Origin: Clostridia bacterium
Lineage (GTDB): Bacteria > Bacillota > Clostridia > Oscillospirales > CAG-272
Length of the DNA stretch: 64,000 bases
Reading direction: 5' to 3'
Assembly: GCA_017453245.1 (NCBI GenBank)
Contig: JAFTKM010000004.1
Location: 44,964 to 108,963 of the forward strand
In this document: piece by piece, positions 54,156 to 64,000 of the stretch
How the letters are laid out: every line of letters begins with the position of its first letter
How positions within the stretch are numbered: the first letter of the stretch is position 1
The notes under the pieces: generated by a model
The model's database searches: none
What the model saw: only the letters and a program-made list of their open reading frames with translations
Told to the model about the DNA's origin: nothing
Made by a program: the position numbers and the translations under genes

Positions 54156-56786
54156 ATGAGAAAAGAACTCGCAAAGAATTACAACCCCTCCGAGTTTGAG
54201 GACAGACTCTACTGTGAGTGGTGTGACAAGGGCTACTTCAAGCCCGATCCCGATGAAAAGAAGAAACCCTTCTCCATAGTTATCCCTCCGCCAAACGTTA
54301 CCGGTCAGCTCCATATGGGACACGCCCTTGACGAGACGCTCCAGGACATTCTTGTAAGAACCAAGCGTATGCAGGGCTACTCCACTCTTTGGGTACCCGG
54401 CACCGACCACGCGGGTATCGCAACTCAGATCAAGGTTGAGGAGAGACTCCGCCTTGACGAGGGACTTTCCCGTTACGACCTCGGCCGTGAGAAATTCCTT
54501 GAGAGAGTTTGGGATTGGAAGGATTCCTACGAGGCGAGAATCACAGGTCAGCTCAAGAAGCTCGGCGCATCCTGCGACTGGTCCCGTCAGAGATTCACTA
54601 TGGACGAGGGCTGCTCAAGAGCAGTAAGAGAGGTATTCGTTAACCTTTATGACAAGGGCCTTATCTACCGCGGCCACAGAATTATCAACTGGTGTCCCCG
54701 TTGCCTCACCGCGCTTTCCGACGCGGAGGTTGAGTACAAGGATCAGCCCGGCAGCTTCTGGCACATCAAGTATCCCGTAAAGGGTGAGGACGCATACGTT
54801 GAGATCGCTACCACCCGTCCCGAGACTATGTTCGGCGACACCGCCGTTGCGGTTAACCCCCAGGACGAGAACACCAAGCACCTCATCGGCAAGACTCTTA
54901 TCCTCCCCATCGTCGGCAGAGAGATCCCCGTTATCGCGGACGATTACGTTGAGATCGGCTTCGGTACCGGCTGTGTAAAGATCACTCCCGCTCACGACCC
55001 CAACGACTTCCTCGTTGGACAGAGACACAACCTCGAGCAGATCAAGGTTATGAATGACGACGCTACCATGAACTCCTACGCAGGCAAGTACGAGGGCATG
55101 GACAGATATACCTGCCGTAAGGCGCTTGTTGCCGATCTTGAGGCAGAGGGCTATCTCGTTAAGACAGAACCCCACGCCCACAACGTTGGCACCTGCTACC
55201 GTTGCGGCACTACCGTTGAGCCCCTCACCTCCGATCAGTGGTTCGTTAAGATGAAGCCTCTTGCCGCTCCCGCTATCGAGGCGGTTGAGAACGGCTCTGT
55301 AAGATTCGTTCCCGAGAGATTCTCCAAGAACTACTTCAACTGGATGAACAACATCCTCGACTGGTGCATCTCCCGTCAGCTCTGGTGGGGACACAGAATT
55401 CCCGCCTTCTACTGCGACGAGTGCGGACATATGGAGGTTTCTAAGGTTGATATCGACACCTGTCCCAAGTGCGGCGGCAAGGTAAGACAGGAGGAGGACG
55501 TTCTTGACACCTGGTTCTCCTCGGCGCTCTGGCCCTTCTCGACACTCGGCTGGCCCGACAAGACCGCAGACCTCGCTCGCTACTATCCCACCTCCGCTCT
55601 TGTTACCGGCTATGACATCATCACCTTCTGGGTATCCAGAATGATCTTCTCCGGCCTTGAGCATATGGGTGAGAAGCCCTTCAGCACCGTATTCATTCAC
55701 GGTCTTGTAAGAGACGCGCAGGGCAGAAAGATGTCCAAGTCGCTCGGCAACGGTATAGATCCGCTTGAGATCATCGAGAAGTACGGCGCAGATGCTCTCC
55801 GTTTCGCGCTTGCAACGGGTAACGCTCCCGGCAACGATATGAGATTCTCCGACGAGAAGATCGAGGCGGCAAGAAACTTCGCTAACAAGCTCTGGAACGC
55901 ATCGAGATTCGTTCTTATGAACCTTAAGAATGATGACGAGACACTCCTCACCGAGCCGAAGGCAGAGGACCTCAAGATCGAGGACAAGTGGATTCTCTCC
56001 CGCCTTAACGAGCTCATCAAGAGCGTAACCAATAATATGGAAAATTACGAGCTCGGTATCGCTCTTGCAGAGATATACTCCTTCACCTGGGACCTCTTCT
56101 GCGACTGGTATATCGAGATGGTTAAGAGCCGCTTCTTCGAGGGTGGCGAGACCGCTCTCACCGCAGAGAGAGTGCTCGTAAAGGTTCTTACCGCGATCCT
56201 CAAGCTCCTTCACCCCTATATGCCCTTCATCACCGAGGAAATCTACCAGGCTATTCCTCACGAAAAGGAGAGCATCGTGATCGAGAGCTATCCCGAGTAT
56301 GATCCCGCCCTTAACTTCAAGGAGGACGAGGGACATATCGACAGAATCATCACCGCTATCACCGCTATCAGAGCGCGCCGCCAGGAGATGAACGTTCCTC
56401 CGTCAAAGAAGGCTAAGCTCTACGTTGTTACCAAGTATGAGAGCACCTTCAAGTCGGCTGAGAAGATCATTGAGAAGCTCGCATCCGCATCCGAGGTCAT
56501 CCTCACCGATTCCTACGATTCCGATGACGCAGTTATGATCGCTACCGACTCAGGCTCGCTCTACATTCCTCTTTCCGAGGTTATCGACTTTGAGAAGGAG
56601 AAGGCTCGCCTTAGCGCTGAGATGAAGAAGAACGATTCCGAGATCGAGAGACTTGAGAAGAAGCTTTCCAACGAGGGCTTCGTAGCTAAGGCTCCCGCCG
56701 CTGTTATCGAGGGAGAGAGAGCAAAGCTTCAGAAGTATCTTGAAACAAGAGTATCTCTTACTGCGGCTCTTGAAAAGCTTGGTTAA
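54156..56786 (+). CDS. valS: Valyl-tRNA synthetase
   Basis: HMGH (HIGH-type) and KMSKS motifs plus a C-terminal coiled coil. Start moved to ATG 54156. Confidence 0.93.
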   Translation: MRKELAKNYNPSEFEDRLYCEWCDKGYFKPDPDEKKKPFSIVIPPPNVTGQLHMGHALDETLQDILVRTKRMQGYSTLWVPGTDHAGIATQIKVEERLRLDEGLSRYDLGREKFLERVWDWKDSYEARITGQLKKLGASCDWSRQRFTMDEGCSRAVREVFVNLYDKGLIYRGHRIINWCPRCLTALSDAEVEYKDQPGSFWHIKYPVKGEDAYVEIATTRPETMFGDTAVAVNPQDENTKHLIGKTLILPIVGREIPVIADDYVEIGFGTGCVKITPAHDPNDFLVGQRHNLEQIKVMNDDATMNSYAGKYEGMDRYTCRKALVADLEAEGYLVKTEPHAHNVGTCYRCGTTVEPLTSDQWFVKMKPLAAPAIEAVENGSVRFVPERFSKNYFNWMNNILDWCISRQLWWGHRIPAFYCDECGHMEVSKVDIDTCPKCGGKVRQEEDVLDTWFSSALWPFSTLGWPDKTADLARYYPTSALVTGYDIITFWVSRMIFSGLEHMGEKPFSTVFIHGLVRDAQGRKMSKSLGNGIDPLEIIEKYGADALRFALATGNAPGNDMRFSDEKIEAARNFANKLWNASRFVLMNLKNDDETLLTEPKAEDLKIEDKWILSRLNELIKSVTNNMENYELGIALAEIYSFTWDLFCDWYIEMVKSRFFEGGETALTAERVLVKVLTAILKLLHPYMPFITEEIYQAIPHEKESIVIESYPEYDPALNFKEDEGHIDRIITAITAIRARRQEMNVPPSKKAKLYVVTKYESTFKSAEKIIEKLASASEVILTDSYDSDDAVMIATDSGSLYIPLSEVIDFEKEKARLSAEMKKNDSEIERLEKKLSNEGFVAKAPAAVIEGERAKLQKYLETRVSLTAALEKLG

Positions 56787-56816
56787 TCAATAATTTGTAA
56801 AACTAGGTTTACAATA

Positions 56817-57725
56817 ATGACTGATTTTATCAAAAATCCTCTCGACGAGGAAAACAAAGTTTTATACAGAGGCTTCTATGAGGACGGCATAGATATGAGT
56901 GTCGTCCGCGTAGAGGAGGGCATCGAGGAGATAGGCGAGAACGCCTTCCGCGACTCGGCCGAGCTTCGCGAGGTCTACCTTCCAAGGAGCCTTAAGAGAA
57001 TATCCGCCTGCGCATTTGCGGGGTGCTCGAATCTTAAGAGAGTGTATATGGAGTACGGTCTTGAGACCATCGGTGACGAGGCGTTTTCAGGCTGCTCATC
57101 CATCTACGACGTAAATATCCCCGACACCGTAAAGAGAATAGGCGAGGGAGCATTTGAGGGTTGCGCGAGCCTTTCGAAGGTCAAGCTCTCCGAGTCGGTC
57201 TATATGATCGGCGCGGGCGCGTTTGCCTACTGCTTCAACCTCACCGAGATTACGATTCCCGACTCCTGCGTGCTCGTTGAGTTTAACTGCTTCTACTCCT
57301 GCTTCTCGCTTGAGGCGGTCAAGCTCTCCGATAATATGGGTATGATAGACGACTCCACCTTTGAGGGCTGTCGCTCTCTTACGACGGTTGAAATGCCGGT
57401 AAGACTTCAGAAGATAGGCCGCCGCGCCTTTGCGGGCTGTACATCTCTTCGCTCTCTTATCCTTCCTGTCGGCACCGCATCAATAGGTCTTGACGCCTTC
57501 TTCGGTTGCTCCGCGCTTTCCCGCATTGCTATCCCGAAAAGGCTTATGGAGCTTGAGGATATCGAGCTCTTCAACGGGTGTGATTCTCTCACCGATATAT
57601 CCTTCGGCGGAGACGAAAGACTCTTTGAAAACCTCACACGGGGCAGGACTATTACCGTGCAGAGGAGCGATCTTACCGTCCACACACCAAAAATAACCTT
57701 TATGGATTTGAAAGATGAAATATAA
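56817..57725 (+). CDS. BspA-type leucine-rich repeat protein
   Basis: Repeated I.E.AF..C..L..V.LP units. Confidence 0.7.
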   Translation: MTDFIKNPLDEENKVLYRGFYEDGIDMSVVRVEEGIEEIGENAFRDSAELREVYLPRSLKRISACAFAGCSNLKRVYMEYGLETIGDEAFSGCSSIYDVNIPDTVKRIGEGAFEGCASLSKVKLSESVYMIGAGAFAYCFNLTEITIPDSCVLVEFNCFYSCFSLEAVKLSDNMGMIDDSTFEGCRSLTTVEMPVRLQKIGRRAFAGCTSLRSLILPVGTASIGLDAFFGCSALSRIAIPKRLMELEDIELFNGCDSLTDISFGGDERLFENLTRGRTITVQRSDLTVHTPKITFMDLKDEI

Positions 57726-58374
57726 ATGTCTTGTACTTGACCACGATGATACCGTGGTCGCCAGCTCCGAGGCTATCCATTATCCGTCCTTCATGGCATA
57801 TCTCGAGGACTACCGTCCCGAGCTTGTGAAGAATTATACCTTTGAGAGCTTTATAATCAAAAACTTCGATCCCGGTATTATCTCCCTTCTTGCCGACGAG
57901 GTAGGACTTAACGAGGAGGAGATGAAGCACGAGGAGGAGTATTGGCTCGAGTTTATCCGCACGAGATTCCCGAGAGCTTATCCCGGTATGCGCGAGATAA
58001 TCGCCGACTTCAAGGCGAAGGGCGGCATCGTTGCCGTAGCCTCTCACTCCATGACTCACTATATCGTCAGAGACTATGAGCACAACGCTCTGCCGAGCCC
58101 CGACGTTATCTACGGCTGGGATATACCCAAGGAAAACCGTAAGCCGAGTCCGTGGTGTATCCTCGACCTTTGCCGGAGGTATAACCTCCGTCCCGAGGAG
58201 ATACTCGTCGTTGACGACCTCAAGCCCGGCTACGATATGGCAAGGGGCGCGGGCGCACACTTTGCCGCGGCAGGCTGGGCGTATGACGTGCCCGAGATTG
58301 CCGAATTTATGAAGAAAAACTGCGACTACTACTTCTCAAGTGTAGAGGAGCTTAAGGCTCTGCTTGAAGAGTGA
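57715..58374 (+). CDS. HAD-superfamily hydrolase
   Basis: N-terminal LDHDDT (DxDxT) motif. Confidence 0.7.
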   Translation: MKYKCLVLDHDDTVVASSEAIHYPSFMAYLEDYRPELVKNYTFESFIIKNFDPGIISLLADEVGLNEEEMKHEEEYWLEFIRTRFPRAYPGMREIIADFKAKGGIVAVASHSMTHYIVRDYEHNALPSPDVIYGWDIPKENRKPSPWCILDLCRRYNLRPEEILVVDDLKPGYDMARGAGAHFAAAGWAYDVPEIAEFMKKNCDYYFSSVEELKALLEE

Positions 58375-58423
58375 CAGGGCGCATCCGTGTGAAATAAAAT
58401 TCATTCTGAGGAGGTGAAAGCAT

Positions 58424-58715
58424 ATGAAAATACGTTGTGACGCAATAAAGAGGCTGTGCGCCGTTTTATGCGTGGTATTGATTGTTGCTTGCGCCTCCGT
58501 TGTTTTTTTTACCTCACTCTCACGATAATGTGAATACCGATTGTGCCGCGTGTCTGATAATCGAAAGCACACTTGAGCTTCTCTCCTTTGCGGCGCGTAT
58601 TATGACTGTCGGTTGGATGATCCAATTCTTCATATTCAACCATAAGCTGTATATTCATATTTTTTCTGGCCGCGAGTCTACTCCGGTCGGCCTTAAGGTG
58701 AAGCTTTCGGATTAA
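58424..58715 (+). pseudogene. Small Cys/His-rich membrane protein gene split by a frameshift at a T8 tract
   Basis: A strong RBS GAGGAGGTG precedes ATG 58424, and this 34-aa ORF ends at 58528. The 77-aa ORF at 58482-58715 is in the +1 frame. The two overlap at T8 (58503-58510). Removing one T gives one protein of about 96 aa. Confidence 0.45.
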
Positions 58716-58803
58716 GCTTGTCCTGCCGGTGTTAATCTGAACAGAATATGTTTTGAGTTAACATTGACTAACCTGGAAAAGCTTAATACGAAAGGAAATT
58801 GAA

Positions 58804-59472
58804 ATGATTGAAATAAAAAATCTCGGTAAGCAGTTCCGCAATGAAACGGAAATTTCTTACCGCGATATGATCTTTGAAAACGGAAAATCCTATATGCTCC
58901 TCGGAGCATCCGGCTGTGGAAAATCCACCCTGCTTAATATGATAGCGGGAATACTGTCCCCGACTACCGGCTCCATAACCGTTGACGGCGTTGAAATGAC
59001 CGATCTTACGCAAAAGGCAAAGGATAAGTTCAGAATCGAGAGGATAGGGTATATCTTCCAGGACTTCAAGCTGATAAACGATATGACTGTCGCAGACAAT
59101 ATCGGTATTCTTCGCCTTGAAGGAGTGGATGTCTCGGGTACGGACGATATGCTGAAGTCACTTGGTATTTTTGAAAAGAAAAACGCTAAGATAAAGCATC
59201 TTTCGGGCGGGCAGAAGCAGAGAGTTGCGATAGCCCGCGCTCTGGTGAAGCGCCCGGATATAATACTTGCCGACGAGCCGACGGGTAACCTTAACTTCGC
59301 CATCGGTGAGCAGGTTATCAAGGAGCTTATCGAGGCATCCGGCGGTAAAACTCTTATCGCTGTAACTCATGACGACAGACTCGCGAAGTATTTCGACGAG
59401 GTCGTCGATATGAACGAAATGACGAGCGGCATCCGCGATACCGTTACGGAAAAGGAGGCGATCGTATGTTAA
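58804..59472 (+). CDS. ABC transporter ATP-binding protein (MacB/LolD-type)
   Basis: GASGCGKSTLLN, LSGGQKQRVAIARAL and ILADEPTGNLN motifs. Confidence 0.88.
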   Translation: MIEIKNLGKQFRNETEISYRDMIFENGKSYMLLGASGCGKSTLLNMIAGILSPTTGSITVDGVEMTDLTQKAKDKFRIERIGYIFQDFKLINDMTVADNIGILRLEGVDVSGTDDMLKSLGIFEKKNAKIKHLSGGQKQRVAIARALVKRPDIILADEPTGNLNFAIGEQVIKELIEASGGKTLIAVTHDDRLAKYFDEVVDMNEMTSGIRDTVTEKEAIVC

Positions 59473-60668
59473 GATTTGCCTTCAAAAATATGGCGATCAA
59501 GAAGGTGCAGGTTATTCTCATCGTCCTCTCAATTGTTATCTCTGCGGGCATTGGCGTTCTTGCCTTCAACGTTGCCACTCAGGTTGACGAGGGCATAACG
59601 AACAATGCGGGATATTATTCCGCCATCATCGGCCCATCGGGCAGTAACACTCAGCTTGCCATGAACACGATGTACTTCACGGACTCTCCCGTCGGTACCA
59701 TTCCTTACTCGGTCGTATCCGACCTTCAGAGGGATCAGAGGGTGACCTCGGTCATCCCCTTCGCGATGGCTGACAGCTACAACGGCTACGACGTGGTCGG
59801 TACGACTCCAAATTATCTGTCGGGCAAGACCGTGGCCGAGGGAGAACTTTTTACCGCCTCCGGATCGCTCGAAGCGGTCGTGGGATATAACGTCGCGAAA
59901 TACTGTGACCTCAAGGTCGGCGACGAAATACACACCAGCCACTCCGCGAGCGGAACCGACGTACACGCCGAGGGCCTCACCGTCGTCGGTATTCTCGATA
60001 GAAGTCATTCATCCTTTGATAACGTGGTTTTCACTCAGATAAATACGCTTTGGGAAATGCACGATCACAGTGAAGAGGAGGGGGAGCACGAAGGCGAGGA
60101 GCACCACGCACACGCTACCGTTTGCGCCATTCTCATTAATACGAAAAATCCTGGATACGCTATGCAGCTGGTGACCGAGTACGACGGAAGGATCATCACC
60201 ACCGAGGGCGGAGATAACTACACTCTCCAGGCAATAGAGCCTATGAGTGTTATACGTGACGTATTGAACGATGCGGACGATACCAAATATATCGTTTTTG
60301 TTCTCTCGGCGGTAATTCTCATTATGAATATAATGATCATCTCCATCATCACTCTTCTCAATATGTACCACTCCGCCAAGGAGATCTCCTTAATGCGACT
60401 TATCGGTATCAGTATGAAGAGAATCAATCTCCTTTACATAATCCAGAACGGCATAATGGGACTTTTGTCGGTTATTCTTGCCTTTGGTGTATCGAGGCTT
60501 TGTATGTCCTTGATGAACGATTACGTCGAGTCGATGGGCGTGGTTCTCAATATGTCGAAGGTTTACCCGATGGAATTCGTTATTCTCCTCGCGGTATTTG
60601 CCATCAGCGTTATCCCTACCGTGATATGGACCTTCTGTATGTCGAGAAAGGATGGTGTGCAGGATTAA
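59466..60668 (+). CDS. ABC transporter permease, FtsX/MacB-type
   Basis: N-terminal TM, a large extracytoplasmic domain and three C-terminal TM segments (FtsX-like). Start overlaps the ATPase gene. Confidence 0.8.
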   Translation: MLRFAFKNMAIKKVQVILIVLSIVISAGIGVLAFNVATQVDEGITNNAGYYSAIIGPSGSNTQLAMNTMYFTDSPVGTIPYSVVSDLQRDQRVTSVIPFAMADSYNGYDVVGTTPNYLSGKTVAEGELFTASGSLEAVVGYNVAKYCDLKVGDEIHTSHSASGTDVHAEGLTVVGILDRSHSSFDNVVFTQINTLWEMHDHSEEEGEHEGEEHHAHATVCAILINTKNPGYAMQLVTEYDGRIITTEGGDNYTLQAIEPMSVIRDVLNDADDTKYIVFVLSAVILIMNIMIISIITLLNMYHSAKEISLMRLIGISMKRINLLYIIQNGIMGLLSVILAFGVSRLCMSLMNDYVESMGVVLNMSKVYPMEFVILLAVFAISVIPTVIWTFCMSRKDGVQD

Positions 60669-60671
60669 CCT

Positions 60672-61649
60672 ATGAAAATGAAAAGAAATATATACAAAAT
60701 AATATCATTTATACTCACCTTATCCCTTATCCTTGCATCTTTTGTCGGATGTAAAAAGGATAAGGAAATAGATCCTGACGGCGAGGGCGTTACCAAGCTC
60801 AGCTTCAAGGCGACGTCCGGATACGACTATTTGAAGACTCTTGACGGAACCACAGTTACCATCAGCGGGTATATGGCGACGAGCTCTCCCGTGGACGGCT
60901 CATTTATGTTTCTTATGAATCTGCCTTACCAGAGCTGTCCCTTCTGTGTGCCTAACACGTCTCAGCTCTCCAACACTATGGAGATATACCCGAAGAAGGG
61001 AGAGTCATTCACGTATACGAATCAGGCTATACAGGTTGTCGGAACCCTGGTGGTTTCCGAAAGCGAGGATGAGCCCTTCACCGATAAATACGGATATGAG
61101 TTCTGCTCCAAGATCGTTGACGCCACCTATACAATTATTAAATCAGAGGATCTGTCGGATAATATGGCTCTTTGGCAGAAGATAGCCAGCGCCGACGTGG
61201 TGAGCGATATCTACAAGATGTACGATTACGTCAACTTCCTTTGCGCATGGCCGACCTACTACGTCAATAGCTACACTAATGAAAAGGGCGAGACTGTACC
61301 CGGCTATTATCTGTACGCCAGCGATGCAGAGAGGTTTATATATACCGACGGCGCGCAATTCAACTACGGATATAAGGAGGGGTATTTTGACTCCATCGTG
61401 GCCAAGATCGAGGCGGTGGATAAAACCGCATTTTCGGATCTGGTAGCCAACGTCCGCAAGGCTGAGGCGCTTGCCAAAAAGGCACTTGGCGAGCTTGAAA
61501 GCAAAAACTACACCTCCGAATACAAATACGTAGAGATGTTCGGCACCGAGGACTACGTATTCACCCTTAATAAGGGAGCTGAGCTTTCAAGCGAAATGAA
61601 TGCGGTTTATAATGAATTTTCAAACTGGCTCGGTAGCTGGGAAATGTAA
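60672..61649 (+). CDS. Lipoprotein, possibly DUF3299-like
   Basis: Lipobox ASFVGC. FLMNLPYQSCPFCVPNTSQL resembles the DUF3299 core (hydrophobic-PY..C...P.N). The match is weak and from memory only. Confidence 0.5.
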   Translation: MKMKRNIYKIISFILTLSLILASFVGCKKDKEIDPDGEGVTKLSFKATSGYDYLKTLDGTTVTISGYMATSSPVDGSFMFLMNLPYQSCPFCVPNTSQLSNTMEIYPKKGESFTYTNQAIQVVGTLVVSESEDEPFTDKYGYEFCSKIVDATYTIIKSEDLSDNMALWQKIASADVVSDIYKMYDYVNFLCAWPTYYVNSYTNEKGETVPGYYLYASDAERFIYTDGAQFNYGYKEGYFDSIVAKIEAVDKTAFSDLVANVRKAEALAKKALGELESKNYTSEYKYVEMFGTEDYVFTLNKGAELSSEMNAVYNEFSNWLGSWEM

Positions 61650-61678
61650 AACAGCTTTCGAACGGTAAGAAGAAAAAA

Positions 61679-61721
61679 ACGCAAGAAATACCACCCCGTG
61701 TGGATTTTCTTGCGTTTTTTC
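61679..61721. terminator. Bidirectional terminator
   Basis: Stem ACGCAAGAAA/TTTCTTGCGT, flanked by an A-run and a T-run. Confidence 0.75.
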
Positions 61722-61724
61722 TGA

Positions 61725-62354
61725 TTAGTTATTCGTTTTATCGCCCTCACGAGCTTGCCTTTTCGCATACTCAACAAAGCTTGAGCCGGTATAGATCTTC
61801 ATACCGAAGACCTCGTCGCCCGTCAGCGCGACCTTGATACCGGTCTTCTCGGGCAGGACGTAGCTTACGGCGTGAGGCGCGGGGTTGAAGAGAAGTATTT
61901 TTTCTACCTTGACGTCCTCCGTGGCGAGCTTATCGGGAAGCTCAAGCGGACGTGACACAAACACCTTTGAGCTTACGGTGAAGGCCTTGCCGGATTCCAC
62001 GTATGCAAGACCGGTCGCGCGACGCTTGGAGGAGGTCAGCATTCTCATCGCCATCTTCATATACCTCACCGAAAATCTCTCGGAGGAGAAGTGCACCATA
62101 TGGTGCTTGTTACCGCCCGAATAAAGGCGGATGAGGTATACCGTGTTAAGTATTTTAACGTATAGATCGGGCTTTTGCGAGCTTGTACGCGTCGGCAAAA
62201 GAGGGAACCTTAAGAATTTCACCTCAGCGCCGAGCTCTCTCTGAAGGCTCTTAAGCCTTATGATCATAACGATCCTTTTGCGTGACCAGAGGATAAAGCG
62301 CACTATGAGGATAAGCGCGACAATAAGGAGTATAAGATTGATTACGTCTACCAT
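61725..62354 (-). CDS. N-terminally anchored protein, unknown function
   Basis: TM segment INLILLIVALILIVRFILW. No recognised motif. Confidence 0.5.
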   Translation of the reverse strand: MVDVINLILLIVALILIVRFILWSRKRIVMIIRLKSLQRELGAEVKFLRFPLLPTRTSSQKPDLYVKILNTVYLIRLYSGGNKHHMVHFSSERFSVRYMKMAMRMLTSSKRRATGLAYVESGKAFTVSSKVFVSRPLELPDKLATEDVKVEKILLFNPAPHAVSYVLPEKTGIKVALTGDEVFGMKIYTGSSFVEYAKRQAREGDKTNN

Positions 62355-62363
62355 ACAGCCCTC

Positions 62364-62954
62364 CTATATATCCGTCATCCACGCGCCGCGCCAGGCCTTG
62401 ACGCAGATCGGTATTGCAAGCATTCTGCCGATAAAGGAGAACGCCGCAGATACGAGTATGGCAGGGAAGAGATCCAGCAAGAATTTCATATTGTAGCCGA
62501 GCCAATTCCAGAAGATAAGTCCGAAGTAGCTGAGCACGTCCTCGGTTAAGAAGAATGCGGGCACGACGAGCACCGCGGGGATGATCACGGATACGATCAG
62601 ATCACTTATGAAGAATTCCTTGAAGTACAGCTTGATGCCGTCCCATATAAGATATTCTCCGTCGGTAAGGCTTACGATCCGCTCGTATTTCTTGTTATCT
62701 ATCCTAAGCGCGATGAGGTTGATCACGACAAGAGAAAGAAAGACCGACCATATATCCTTTATACGCTCAAGCTTGTTATAGGTCTCTATATCGTATATCT
62801 GGTTGTATATCGGGAAGGTCTTTGGGAACAGGTGATTGAGGTAGGCGTATACCCAGTCAACGACGCTGCCGCTTACACCGAGGATAAAAAGTCCAAAGAC
62901 AAAAACGCATATATAAAGCACGGTCGGATTCAGATATTTATGCCTGAACTTCAT
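62364..62954 (-). CDS. Polytopic membrane protein, unknown function
   Basis: At least five hydrophobic segments. Start moved to ATG 62954, behind GGGAGG. Confidence 0.5.
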   Translation of the reverse strand: MKFRHKYLNPTVLYICVFVFGLFILGVSGSVVDWVYAYLNHLFPKTFPIYNQIYDIETYNKLERIKDIWSVFLSLVVINLIALRIDNKKYERIVSLTDGEYLIWDGIKLYFKEFFISDLIVSVIIPAVLVVPAFFLTEDVLSYFGLIFWNWLGYNMKFLLDLFPAILVSAAFSFIGRMLAIPICVKAWRGAWMTDI

Positions 62955-63140
62955 TTGCCGCCTCCCTTCATCATTTATCACCTATATTATACCTTATTTT
63001 ACCTACCTTGTCAACCCGTATTCCCTCCCTTACACCTCGCGCGTACTAATTTATCGCGCAGGGGACTTGAAAAAAGATATAAAATGTGTTATATTTATAA
63101 AGAGAGACCTTAAATGCGAAACCAAAGGAGGGGCTGTATT

Positions 63141-64000
63141 TTGAATATACTTCATATGAAATACGCGGTAGAGGTTGCAAAGCTCGGCTCGCTCAACAAG
63201 GCTGCGGAAACGCTCCTTATCGCTCAACCGAATATAAGCCGATCCATCAAGGAGCTTGAGGCCGATCTCGGTGTCACAATATTCAACCGCAGCGCCAAGG
63301 GTATGGAGCTCACGCCCGAGGGCGAGGAGTTCATCGGCTATGCAGAGAACATTCTGAAGCAGATAGACGACGTTGAGCGTCATTACAGACACGGCTCACC
63401 GAGAAAGCAGAAGTTCTCGATCTCCGTCCCGAGAGCGTGCTATATCTCCGATGCCTTTGCCAAGTTTTCCACGGGTATCACGGAGGATCCCGCGGAGATA
63501 TTCTATAAGGAAACGAATTCGCAAAGAACTATAAATAACGTACTCAACAAGGATTATAAATTAGGCATTATCCGCTATGCGGAGAACTATGACAAGTTCT
63601 TCAAGTCTATGCTTGAGGAAAAGGGCCTTTCTTACGAGATGGTCGCGGAGTTTTCCTACGTCCTCATTATGAGCCGCGACAATCCGCTTGCTAAGAAGGA
63701 GGAGATCACCTTTGACGATCTTCCGCCCTATATCGAGATAGCGCACGCAGATCCCTACGTCCCCTCGCTCCCTCTTGCCAAGGTGGTGAAGGAGGAGCTC
63801 CCCGACAATATCGACCGCCGCATCTTCATCTTCGAGAGGGCGAGTCAGTTCGATCTGCTCTCCGAGAATCCCGAGACCTTTATGTGGGTATCTCCCGCAT
63901 CCGAGCAGATACTCGACAGATACGGACTCGTGCAGAAAAAGTGCGTTGATAACAGAAAGGTATATAAGGACGTTCTTATATATAAGGAAGGCTACAAGCT
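63141..64000 (+). CDS. LysR-family transcriptional regulator, 3' end outside the window
   Basis: TTG start 7 nt after GGAGGGG. The N-terminal HTH is LHMKYAVEVAKLGSLNKAAETLLIAQPNISRSIKELE. Open to the window end; not in the ORF track because no stop is reached. Confidence 0.8.
   Translation, partial: MNILHMKYAVEVAKLGSLNKAAETLLIAQPNISRSIKELEADLGVTIFNRSAKGMELTPEGEEFIGYAENILKQIDDVERHYRHGSPRKQKFSISVPRACYISDAFAKFSTGITEDPAEIFYKETNSQRTINNVLNKDYKLGIIRYAENYDKFFKSMLEEKGLSYEMVAEFSYVLIMSRDNPLAKKEEITFDDLPPYIEIAHADPYVPSLPLAKVVKEELPDNIDRRIFIFERASQFDLLSENPETFMWVSPASEQILDRYGLVQKKCVDNRKVYKDVLIYKEGYK

Noticed and set aside
54615-56336. 573-aa ORF antisense to valS
   Set aside because: It lies entirely inside the well-supported valS frame. 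The product is low-complexity, rich in Gly, Val, Leu and Glu, with no RBS or motifs. This is a typical shadow ORF of a GC-rich, codon-biased gene.

Overview
The window looks like a moderately GC-rich Firmicutes/Clostridia-type chromosome. Supporting signs are a T-box leader before valS, ylmH, the trmK-nif3 pair, and many lipoproteins and glycan-degrading enzymes. Most of it is ordinary housekeeping sequence: hisS (5' partial), ygiQ, pcrA, prfB, dapA, queA, ruvX, pncB, ansA, thiI, valS, a MacB-type ABC transporter and a LysR regulator (3' partial).

The main exception is a visibly AT-richer insertion of about 14 kb at 39810-53801, bounded by a perfect 28-bp direct repeat and sitting 2 bp upstream of the valS T-box promoter. 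It carries:
- a DDE (rve) recombinase;
- a structured non-coding region of about 0.9 kb;
- a block of small plus-strand ORFs, one of them an SprT-like HExxH protein;
- a tightly packed minus-strand operon with an HUH rolling-circle Rep (phiX174-like YxxKY), a polytopic P-loop ATPase with a Zot/pI-like Walker A, several tiny single-TM proteins that fall below the 60-aa ORF-track cut-off, signal- or anchor-bearing secreted proteins, and two SGNH esterase domains.

I recognise no capsid, portal, terminase or tail genes. My best reading is an integrated filamentous (inovirus-like) prophage, or a related ssDNA-replicating element, of a Gram-positive host. An 18-bp palindrome, TTGACA-N6-TGTCAA, occurs six times inside the element, mostly just upstream of ribosome-binding sites.

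Other observations:
- a 695-aa secreted protein next to the element whose S11 DD-peptidase motifs are in circularly permuted order;
- a MITE-like structured repeat of about 295 bp, present twice;
- a 115-bp tandem repeat;
- an inverted-repeat-bounded element with a related hairpin 10 kb away;
- an array of mini-hairpins joined by ATGAATTG linkers;
- a small Cys/His-rich ORF split at a T8 tract in front of the ABC operon.

All functional calls come from motif recognition by eye. No database search was run.
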